Positions 46,622 to 54,447 of a DNA stretch of 64,000 bases are shown in pieces. Position 1 is the stretch's first letter, and each line of letters opens with the position of its first letter. The DNA lies in contig JAKPEE010000156.1 of the NCBI GenBank assembly GCA_029552125.1, forward strand, positions 11,088 to 75,087. The letters are read 5' to 3'. Source of the DNA: Bacillota bacterium (GTDB taxonomy: Bacteria > Bacillota > Dethiobacteria > DTU022). The notes beneath the pieces are model-generated. The model searched no databases and was not told the origin of the DNA. It saw only the letters and a program-made list of their open reading frames with translations. Position numbers and translations under genes: made by a program.

Positions 46622-48802
46622 ATGTACAAGTTGGGGCGGCGAGGCATGATCTTGCAGGGCCGGCGAGGTGACATCAGCATCAGGCGCAACAGCTTCGGCA
46701 TCCCCTGCATCCGGGCCGGAAACTTTGCGGACTTGCTTTACGGCCTGGGCTGGGTCCACGCCCATGATCGCCAGGTGGCCATGGAGCTGACCAGGTTGAT
46801 TGGCAAAGGAGTAGCAGCTGAACACCTTGATCCCGCCCTGCTGGGCGTGGATAAAGTGATGCGCCGCTATAACCTGTGGGGTGATGCCTCATCCCAGGCG
46901 AGGCAATTGAGCGGGGAAGCCCTGGAACTGCTGGAGGCTTACTGCGCCGGGGTCAATAAGCGCTTTGCCGCCGGGCGCCCCTTTGAATTTAAACTAATCG
47001 GGCACACTCCCCAACCCTGGACGCCGGAGGACTGTATTATTGCCACCAAGATGATGGGCATCGTGGACCTGACCGAAACCCAGGGCTGGATGGAAAAATT
47101 TATTGTGCAGATGTTGCAGAAAGGGATTCCCTTAGCCCAGATTAAAGAGCTCTTTTTTCACCTCAGCGAAGAGCCCGGTGAAGAATACCTGCAGATAATC
47201 AGCCAGCTTAAGCTGCCCGAACCCTGCGTTCCCGAAACGATACCGTGGGCGGAGATACCACGCTTCCAGTGCAGCAACAGCTGGGTCGTCTCCGGAAAGA
47301 AAAGCGTCTCTGGAAAGCCTATTCTCTGCGGCGATCCCCACCTGGACACCAGCCGCCTGCCGGCCATCTGGCAGGAGGTTATCCTGCAGGCGGATGATTT
47401 TTATTTTATCGGCGCCACGGTTCCGGGGATCCCCGCGCCGGCCCTTGGCCGCACCGGAGACCTGGCCTGGTCGGCCACCTACGGCAACATGGATGTGGTC
47501 GATTATTTCATTGAAGAGGTTAAAGACGGCCACTACCGAAAAGGGGAGCGCTGGCTGCCCTTCCGGGTAAGGGAAGAGACGTTTAGGGTGAAAAAAGGGG
47601 AAGCGGTAAAGGTGCGCTATTATGAAAATGAGCACGGCGTCCTGGAGCAGGAGCTTCAAGGCGACGGCTATTACCTCTGCTTTGCCTGGTCGGCGGCGCG
47701 GGATTGCGGGGCTGAATCGGTGGAAAAGATGCTGCAGATCTGCCGCTGCCGCACGGTGAAAGAGGCCATGGACTGCTTCGCCGGCCTTGATTTTGCCTCT
47801 TTCAACTGGGTCATCGCCGACAGGCAGGGCAATATCGGCTACCAGATGAGCGGCCGCTGCCCGGTCAGGGCGCCCGGGTGGAGCGGCCTGCTGCCTTTCC
47901 CCGGCTGGGATGAACGATTCGACTGGCGCGGCTACCATGATCGCAAGGACAACCCTTCCTTGTACAACCCGCCGGAGCAGTTTATCGCCAGCGCCAACCA
48001 GGACGTCAACGAATATGCGCCCATGAAGGTGAACAACCTTTCCATGGCGCCCTACCGCTCCATGAGAATCAGTCAGCTTTTAGCCGCGCGGGACGATCAC
48101 ACGGTGGAAACGATGAAGCAGATGCACTACGATATCTACTCGCTGCAGGCGGAGCGTTACATGGAGCTGCTGTTGCCGCTGCTGCCCGACAATGAAAAGG
48201 GGAGGCTGCTCAAGGAGTGGGACCTGCGCTACAGCTCCGATTCCCGGGCGGCGACACTTTTTGAAAACATTTACCGCGAAATCGGCAAGGCTGTTTTCGG
48301 TGAACTCAATTTCGGCCCAGAGGTCCTGGAATACCTGGTCGAGGAGACAATCCTCTTTCATGATTACTACTGGAATTTTGACCGGGTTATTTTTAATGAA
48401 AACTCCGCCTGGTACAAAGGTAAAAAACGTGAAGAAATTTTAAAACAAGCGGTGGAGCGAGGCCTGGCGGCGGACCCGGAGCCTTACGGCGCCGGGCGCA
48501 AGATTATGCTCAAAAACCTGTTTTTTGGAGGGCGGCTCCCTAAATTTTTAGGCTTTGACTACGGGCCGGTGGAGCTGATTGGCGGCCGGGCTACCATTTC
48601 GATCAGCCAGATTTACAAGTCCAACGGCCGCGAGGCCACGTTCTCGCCGACCTATCGTTTTATTACCGATTTTCAAGAAGAGTGCATCCATTCCGTGCTG
48701 GCCGGCGGGCCTTCCGACCGCCGTTTTTCCCGCTGGTATAGCTCGGGTATCCGGGACTGGGTGGACGGCAATTATCACACTTTAAAGGCCGGATGCGATT
48801 AA
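46622..48802 (+). CDS. Penicillin-acylase-family Ntn hydrolase, no signal peptide
   Basis: The start is placed at the ATG for 'MYKLGRRG', after GGAGG. It has 'GLGWVHAHDRQ' and a putative autoprocessing/nucleophile site 'QCSNSWVVSG'. The N-terminus is not hydrophobic. Confidence 0.8.
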   Translation: MYKLGRRGMILQGRRGDISIRRNSFGIPCIRAGNFADLLYGLGWVHAHDRQVAMELTRLIGKGVAAEHLDPALLGVDKVMRRYNLWGDASSQARQLSGEALELLEAYCAGVNKRFAAGRPFEFKLIGHTPQPWTPEDCIIATKMMGIVDLTETQGWMEKFIVQMLQKGIPLAQIKELFFHLSEEPGEEYLQIISQLKLPEPCVPETIPWAEIPRFQCSNSWVVSGKKSVSGKPILCGDPHLDTSRLPAIWQEVILQADDFYFIGATVPGIPAPALGRTGDLAWSATYGNMDVVDYFIEEVKDGHYRKGERWLPFRVREETFRVKKGEAVKVRYYENEHGVLEQELQGDGYYLCFAWSAARDCGAESVEKMLQICRCRTVKEAMDCFAGLDFASFNWVIADRQGNIGYQMSGRCPVRAPGWSGLLPFPGWDERFDWRGYHDRKDNPSLYNPPEQFIASANQDVNEYAPMKVNNLSMAPYRSMRISQLLAARDDHTVETMKQMHYDIYSLQAERYMELLLPLLPDNEKGRLLKEWDLRYSSDSRAATLFENIYREIGKAVFGELNFGPEVLEYLVEETILFHDYYWNFDRVIFNENSAWYKGKKREEILKQAVERGLAADPEPYGAGRKIMLKNLFFGGRLPKFLGFDYGPVELIGGRATISISQIYKSNGREATFSPTYRFITDFQEECIHSVLAGGPSDRRFSRWYSSGIRDWVDGNYHTLKAGCD

Positions 48803-48831
48803 ACCTAAGGTAAAAAAAGGAGAGGAACAGT

Positions 48832-49989
48832 TTGACCTTAAAAAAAAGACTGACCTTTGTAGAAGCAGCCTGCATCGTCACCGGTTACGGGGTGGGTGGA
48901 GGAATCATGGCCGTGCCTTACCTGGCATCGCTAAACGGCGCCGTCACCACCCTGATCGTCCTGGTGGCGGCCTACCTGTTTTCGGCGCTGCTGCATTTGA
49001 TGATTGCGGAAATGTGCGCCGGCGAAAAAGAGTCCCTGCAGGTGGTGGAGCTTTTCCGCAAGTATCTGTTTAAAGGGCGTTTCGAAAACCTGCTGGCGTG
49101 GCTTTTCTTCGGGCTGCTGGCGTTAATACTATTTACCAGCATGGCTGCCTATATTGTCGGTGCCGGAGAAATAGTGACCAATCTAACCGGCCTGCCGTTG
49201 TGGGCCGGTGAACTGCTCTTTTATGGCCTGGCTGCAGGGGTGGTCGCTTTTGGCCTGAAAGTTTTAGGCATCAGTGAAAAATATGCGATTGCCGCCATTG
49301 CCGTCATCTTTATTATTCTGACCGCCGGAACAGCCGGGGTGCCTTTACAGGCCGTGCCCCTGTTCATGCGGCCGGGCAACGCCACCCTGGCCTTATTCGG
49401 CATGATCATGTTTTGTTTTTCCTCTTTCTTCTCCATACCACAGGCGGTGGAGGGGCTTTCCTGGAATAAAAAGCTGATCCCCAAAGCGGTGCTGGCAGGG
49501 ATAGGCTTAAATATGCTGTTTGTGGTCCTGGTTACTTTTTGCGCCCTGGCCGCCTCCGAAGAGGTGACCGAAGTAGCCATTATCGGCTGGACCAGCGCCA
49601 TGGGCCGCTGGGCGCTGATCCTGGGATCTGTTTTCATCTTTCTGGCCATGCTGACCACATACTGGTCGGTCTCCTATGCCCTGGTGGTAATCATCAAAGA
49701 GCGTCTCGGCTGGTCTGAGCGGCTTTCGTGGCTGGCAGCGACCCTGCCCACGCTAGGGCTGGCCCTGGCCGGGCTGGCATCATTTCTCGAGTTTATGCGC
49801 ATAGTGGGCGGCGGCATAGCCGTAGTAGTGGCGCTGCTCTTAATACCGGCTTACCGCCAGTTCCGGGCGCAACACTCTACCGCGGGGGCCTTAGAGTGGA
49901 GTATCGGCCTCTGGGGCGGTACCGCCTTTCAAATCCTGGTTATAGCCGGTTACCTGCTGACTGCCGTCGGCTCATTTGTGCAGATTTAA
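48832..49989 (+). CDS. Amino-acid permease-like integral membrane transporter
   Basis: 385-aa ORF with about 11 hydrophobic spans and a TTG start after AAAGGAGAGG. N-terminal 'ACIVTGYGVGGGIMAVPY' resembles aromatic/hydroxy amino-acid permeases. Confidence 0.55.
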   Translation: MTLKKRLTFVEAACIVTGYGVGGGIMAVPYLASLNGAVTTLIVLVAAYLFSALLHLMIAEMCAGEKESLQVVELFRKYLFKGRFENLLAWLFFGLLALILFTSMAAYIVGAGEIVTNLTGLPLWAGELLFYGLAAGVVAFGLKVLGISEKYAIAAIAVIFIILTAGTAGVPLQAVPLFMRPGNATLALFGMIMFCFSSFFSIPQAVEGLSWNKKLIPKAVLAGIGLNMLFVVLVTFCALAASEEVTEVAIIGWTSAMGRWALILGSVFIFLAMLTTYWSVSYALVVIIKERLGWSERLSWLAATLPTLGLALAGLASFLEFMRIVGGGIAVVVALLLIPAYRQFRAQHSTAGALEWSIGLWGGTAFQILVIAGYLLTAVGSFVQI

Positions 49990-50062
49990 TAACTTTAAGG
50001 GTCAGACACTTCAAGTTTTCGTCCAAAGATTCTAATAAGCACTTATAAACGGCGGTTTTGAG

Positions 50063-50095
50063 GCCCTTCACCCGAAAAGGTGGGGGGCTTTTTTG
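50063..50095 (+). terminator. Rho-independent terminator after the permease gene
   Basis: 10-bp stem gcccttcacc / ggtggggggc (two G-U pairs) followed by tttttt. Confidence 0.7.
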
Positions 50096-50253
50096 CGTAA
50101 AATCACCCGGTTTGGTGACGTGAACATGGCTATGGTTTCAATAAAATAAAGAAAACGCTGCCCGCTGAGAGGGGGGTGTCTTTGAAAAAAATCATAAGAT
50201 GCTCGCGGTGCTTTTTGGCAGCCCACGATTACACCTCGAAGGAGGATTAGTTT

Positions 50254-50658
50254 ATGGAAAACAAATTGACAGTACATCCAAAATCATGTGCCGCAAAAGC
50301 GGGCAGGCGTTTTCTGATCTTGCTTCTATCCTGTGTCCTGATTTTCGCTCTCAGTGCTTGTGGCGGACAAAAAACAACAGGTAAAACGGAAGCGATTAAG
50401 CCGGTTACGGTGGTGGAGTGCGAGCCGGAACCGCAAGCCCTGCAAACCGCAAACGAGGCTACCGCCATTGCCCTGCGGCAGTATGTCTACGCAAGGCTTT
50501 TGACCGAAGCTTTTCTGACGGCGGACACCTCCGCAATAACCGCAGAGAAACTGTCTGAAATGGCGGATGAGCTCCTCCTTGCGTGGGAAAACGCCGAATA
50601 CTTTTCTTCCACTGCAATGGACTCACGGATCAGGCTGTCCTGCTGCTTTTCCGATTGA
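50254..50658 (+). CDS. Putative lipoprotein
   Basis: GAAGGAGG RBS is present. The signal sequence has the lipobox 'LIFALSAC|GG'. 134 aa, with no family recognised. Confidence 0.5.
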   Translation: MENKLTVHPKSCAAKAGRRFLILLLSCVLIFALSACGGQKTTGKTEAIKPVTVVECEPEPQALQTANEATAIALRQYVYARLLTEAFLTADTSAITAEKLSEMADELLLAWENAEYFSSTAMDSRIRLSCCFSD

Positions 50659-50676
50659 CGGCAAGGAGGGATAACT

Positions 50677-51360
50677 ATGTACTGTAAACACTGCGGAACC
50701 GCTTTGTCGGACGATACCCATTTCTGCACCGGATGCGGAACCCAGACGGGCAACCCGCCGGACAGCCGTCCTCCTGCGGGGGGCGGGCGCATCGGCTACT
50801 CCGAGCGCATCCATGATCCGGCCTTCGCCCGCTATCTTAAAAACACTAGCCGCTGGTCTGCCCTTTTTTCTATAATACTGGCCATTGCCGCGGTCATTGG
50901 CTTATATATCTACGGCGAAACCAGCCGTGAGATGGAAAATCCCCAGGCACTGTTCATCGGCCTGGGCATCGGAGGAATGTTTTTGCTGATTGCGCTCTAT
51001 TCCATCATCTCCAGAAAAACAAGTAAAACCTGGGACGGCGTGGTGGTTGACAAAACCATCAAGCAGAAAAGCCGCCGCCATGACACCGGAGATAATGATT
51101 CCACCATCCACTATTACACCGAATATGCCGTTATCGTTCGGGATGAGCGGGGCAAAACCCACCGGATGACCGCCGAGGATGATGACGCGCGGTACAACTA
51201 TTTTCAAGTGGGCGACCAGGTGCGCCATCACGGGGGGCTCAATTCCTATGAGAAATACGACAAATCGCGGGACAGCATTATCTTCTGCAAAGCCTGCGCC
51301 ACGCTGTGCGACATAGGCGATGACATCTGCTACCGGTGTAAATGTCCGCTGCTTAAATAA
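50677..51360 (+). CDS. Zinc-ribbon membrane protein
   Basis: It has an N-terminal 'CKHCGTALSDDTHFCTGCG' ribbon, two predicted TM helices and a C-terminal 'CKACATLCDIGDDICYRCKC' ribbon. AAGGAGGG RBS is present. Confidence 0.55.
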   Translation: MYCKHCGTALSDDTHFCTGCGTQTGNPPDSRPPAGGGRIGYSERIHDPAFARYLKNTSRWSALFSIILAIAAVIGLYIYGETSREMENPQALFIGLGIGGMFLLIALYSIISRKTSKTWDGVVVDKTIKQKSRRHDTGDNDSTIHYYTEYAVIVRDERGKTHRMTAEDDDARYNYFQVGDQVRHHGGLNSYEKYDKSRDSIIFCKACATLCDIGDDICYRCKCPLLK

Positions 51361-51590
51361 AGGAAGGTTTCAGGCGTATCTCTACCCGCCCCTCAAACGA
51401 CCGGGAAAATAATCGAGCTGAGCAGCAAGGTCAACGGCTTTGGCGATGAGGTCACGACCATTCGGATAGATGGGATGACGCATCAGGAGTTTGCGCGCTG
51501 CTATGCGACACTCACCGCACTATCCGGGTGGACGCCGGACGGCGAAAGCAATATGCCGTGGAATTCCTATGATGCGGTAAATCCCTGTGT

Positions 51591-51617
51591 GAACACCCTA
51601 AAAGGGTGCTCTTTTTT
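51591..51617 (+). terminator. Orphan intrinsic terminator-like hairpin
   Basis: The stem is gaacaccct-aaa-agggtgctc (9 bp, 1 mismatch) followed by tttttt. It lies 230 nt after the nearest upstream stop and 100 nt before the response-regulator gene. Confidence 0.6.
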
Positions 51618-51718
51618 CTTGATTACTGCCAGCCAGGGCTGGTGGTGGCGGAAGGCTTTTTTTTGCTGTAAAATGAAGATGTTCGCAATCAGCCGGCCGT
51701 GAGAGAGGATGGGGTCCG

Positions 51719-52396
51719 ATGGATCTTCTGCTTGTCGAAGACGATAAAACCATCGCCATGGGCATCGAGTATGCCTTAAAACAGGAAGGGTTCACCCCGC
51801 TGGTCTGCCATACCGCCGCCGCCGCGCAGGAAGCAATTAAGAGCAGGAAATTTGCGCTGATTATTTTGGATATAGCCCTCCCCGACGGTGACGGATTCGC
51901 GCTGTGCCGGGCTATCCGCGAAGCGGGAGATACACCAGTAATCTTTCTCACCGCCCGTGATGAAGAAGTAAACGTGGTCATGGGCCTGGACCTGGGCGCG
52001 GATGATTATATAACCAAACCTTTCCGGGTCAGAGAGCTGCTATCGCGCATAAAAAGCGTGCTGCGCCGCTACCAGGCTCAACCGCAACAGAAGCAGGAGA
52101 TTACCCTCGGCCCCCTGCTCATCAATACCGCGGAAGCCAGGGTTTACCGCCATCATGAAGAGATTCCGCTCACCGCCCTGGAATACCGGTTGCTTTTAAT
52201 TCTGGCCCGTAACCGCGGCCGGGTATTGACCCGCAATCAAATCCTGGAAGGAATCTGGGATGTGGCCGGTAATTTTGTCAATGACAATACCCTTACCGTT
52301 TACATCAAGCGGCTGCGCGAAAAAATCGAGGAAGATCCGGCCCGGCCGCAGATCATTAAAACTGTGCGCGGCTACGGCTACAAGGCGGGTGACTGA
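51719..52396 (+). CDS. OmpR/PhoB-family response regulator
   Basis: The receiver domain has 'LLLVEDD', 'LDIALPDGDG' and 'DDYITKPF'. The winged-helix output has 'LTALEYRLL' and 'IKTVRGYGYK'. Confidence 0.92.
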   Translation: MDLLLVEDDKTIAMGIEYALKQEGFTPLVCHTAAAAQEAIKSRKFALIILDIALPDGDGFALCRAIREAGDTPVIFLTARDEEVNVVMGLDLGADDYITKPFRVRELLSRIKSVLRRYQAQPQQKQEITLGPLLINTAEARVYRHHEEIPLTALEYRLLLILARNRGRVLTRNQILEGIWDVAGNFVNDNTLTVYIKRLREKIEEDPARPQIIKTVRGYGYKAGD

Positions 52397-52397
52397 A

Positions 52398-53627
52398 GTG
52401 CCCATCCTGAATAACCCTGAGGCGAGAAGGCTTTTTGCCGTGATGGCCGTTTTTTTTGTTTTTATGCTGCTTTTGGCTGCGGTTTTCAGCTATGCCGGTA
52501 TGAGCTATTACCTGCAGGCTGCCGGCGAACATTTTGCGGCGGTAGCCGGCGCGGTTATGGAAAGATACCCGCAGGCGGAAGAGGCAGTGCTTAAGCAAAT
52601 CAGGGGGGCGGACGAAGAAACTATTTCCCGGGGGAAAGCGTTGCTGTCCCGGTACGGCCTCACCGCCAGGGAGCTTCTTCCGGCCACAGCTTTAACCCGG
52701 CAAATTTTTTGGGTTAACCTGTTTCTGTTTTTCCTGCTGGCCCTCCTGGCCTGCGGGATCCCCGCCTGGCTGGTATTTCTTTTTTTGAAAAAGCAGTACA
52801 GCCGGATTAGTGAGCTTACTGTTTACGCCAGCCGGATTAACAGCGGCGATTACTCCCTCGATATCCGGGATAACCGGGAGGGTGAGGTCAGCCTGCTTAA
52901 AAACGAAATCTATAAGATTACCACCACGCTGCGGGAACAGGCGGAGTCGCTGCAGCGAGAAAAGACAGCCCTGGCCGATTCCCTGGCTGATATCTCTCAC
53001 CAGCTTAAAACGCCGCTCACTTCACTTTTTGTCCTGACGGATTTGCTCGATGACGAGCAGCCGGCCGAGGTGAAGGCCGGTTTTCTCGACCGCATCAGGG
53101 CGCAGTTGCAGCGGGTGGAATGGCTGGTCAGCTCCCTGTTGAAGCTGTCGAAGCTGGACGCCGGCGCCGTAACATTGAAAAAAGAAGAGGTGAGCGTGGA
53201 GGAGCTGATCGAGATAGCACTGCAACCGCTGCAGATTCCCCTGGAGATTAAAAGGCAGCAGCTTTCCATACACGGCCAGCCCGGCGCCCGGTTTAAAGGG
53301 GACCTGGCCTGGACCGCGGAAGCCCTGCTCAACATTGTTAAAAACTGTATCGAGCATACTCCGGAAAAGGGCTTCATAGAGATCACTTATACTGAAAATC
53401 CTCTTTATACGGAAATCATCGTCGCCGACAACGGCGCAGGAATCGATGCCGCAGATCTGCCCCATATCTTTGACCGTTTTTACAAGGGTAAAAACGCTGG
53501 TGAAGACAGTGTCGGCATCGGCCTGGCTATGTCCCGGGCCATCATTACCCGGCAGGGCGGCGAGATCAACGTGGTAAGCCCAGGCGGGGGCGGCACTACG
53601 TTTACCATTAGATTTTATAACCGCTAA
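52398..53627 (+). CDS. Sensor histidine kinase (two TM helices, HAMP-less short sensor)
   Basis: The start is placed at the GTG 1 nt after the regulator stop. It has H-box 'ISHQLKTPLTS', N-box 'NIVKNCIEHT', and G-boxes 'DNGAGID' and 'GIGLAMS'. Confidence 0.88.
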   Translation: MPILNNPEARRLFAVMAVFFVFMLLLAAVFSYAGMSYYLQAAGEHFAAVAGAVMERYPQAEEAVLKQIRGADEETISRGKALLSRYGLTARELLPATALTRQIFWVNLFLFFLLALLACGIPAWLVFLFLKKQYSRISELTVYASRINSGDYSLDIRDNREGEVSLLKNEIYKITTTLREQAESLQREKTALADSLADISHQLKTPLTSLFVLTDLLDDEQPAEVKAGFLDRIRAQLQRVEWLVSSLLKLSKLDAGAVTLKKEEVSVEELIEIALQPLQIPLEIKRQQLSIHGQPGARFKGDLAWTAEALLNIVKNCIEHTPEKGFIEITYTENPLYTEIIVADNGAGIDAADLPHIFDRFYKGKNAGEDSVGIGLAMSRAIITRQGGEINVVSPGGGGTTFTIRFYNR

Positions 53628-53675
53628 CCCGGATTTTTTATTGTGCTTGTTGCTGCTTTCCTGTTCCCTGCCTGT

Positions 53676-53732
53676 AGGTGACTAAACTGTCACCTGAACA
53701 GTCACCGGGCAGTCATTTTAGACAGATAGAAT
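53676..53732 (+). promoter_or_regulatory. Candidate response-regulator boxes plus -10 upstream of the ABC operon
   Basis: Direct repeats ctGTCACc (53687), caGTCACc (53699) and caGTCAtt (53710) occur at 11-12-nt phasing. An inverted copy aGGTGAC lies at 53676. TAGAAT lies at 53727-53732. Confidence 0.45.
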
Positions 53733-53763
53733 GAAGACATCAACATTAAAAGGAGCTGCGTCC

Positions 53764-54447
53764 ATGGATATTTTAAAAGTTGAGCATCTGTCTAAAGTGT
53801 ACGGAACAGGCGCTACCGCGGTCAAAGCGCTGGATGATGTCACTTTCAGCGTCAAGCGGGGCCAGTTTGTGGCCATTGTCGGCGCCTCGGGATCCGGCAA
53901 GTCGACCCTGCTGCATATCATCGGGGGCGTGGATCGTCCTACCGGCGGCCGGGTGCTCATCGAAGACATCGATATCTACCGGCTCAGCGAAACCAACCTG
54001 GCCATTTTCCGGCGTCGGCAGGTTGGGTTAATCTACCAGTTTTACAATCTTATACCTATACTCAATGTGGAAGAGAACATTACCCTGCCGCTGTTGCTGG
54101 ATCAAAAAGCAGTAGACAGGCCCTATCTGGATGAGACCCTGCATACCCTTAATCTCACCGATCGGCTGCACCATCTGCCCCACGAGCTCTCCGGCGGGGA
54201 GCAGCAGCGGGTTTCCATCGGCCGGGCTTTGATCAACCGGCCCGCCCTGGTCCTGGCCGATGAACCCACCGGCAACCTGGACAGTAAAAATTCGCAGGAG
54301 ATCGTCGAGCTGCTAAAACTGTCCAACCGGCGCTATCACCAGACCCTGATCATGGTCACCCACTCCCACGAGATCGCCCTGCAAGCGGATCGCATGATCA
54401 CCCTGGCCGACGGGCGGATCGTCAAAGACGAGGTGATCCGGCCGTGA
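53764..54447 (+). CDS. ABC transporter ATP-binding protein (MacB/BceA-like)
   Basis: The start is placed at 'MDILKVEHLSKVYG', with AAAGGAG 7 nt upstream. It has Walker A 'GASGSGKST', signature 'LSGGEQQR' and Walker B 'LVLADEPT'. Confidence 0.92.
   Translation: MDILKVEHLSKVYGTGATAVKALDDVTFSVKRGQFVAIVGASGSGKSTLLHIIGGVDRPTGGRVLIEDIDIYRLSETNLAIFRRRQVGLIYQFYNLIPILNVEENITLPLLLDQKAVDRPYLDETLHTLNLTDRLHHLPHELSGGEQQRVSIGRALINRPALVLADEPTGNLDSKNSQEIVELLKLSNRRYHQTLIMVTHSHEIALQADRMITLADGRIVKDEVIRP

Noticed and set aside
50677-51702. The zinc-ribbon gene TAA might be read through into the in-phase open frame that follows it.
   Set aside because: The shared phase is a 1-in-3 coincidence. TAA is the least leaky stop codon. 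Nothing in the context, such as a downstream structure or a conserved extension, supports programmed read-through.
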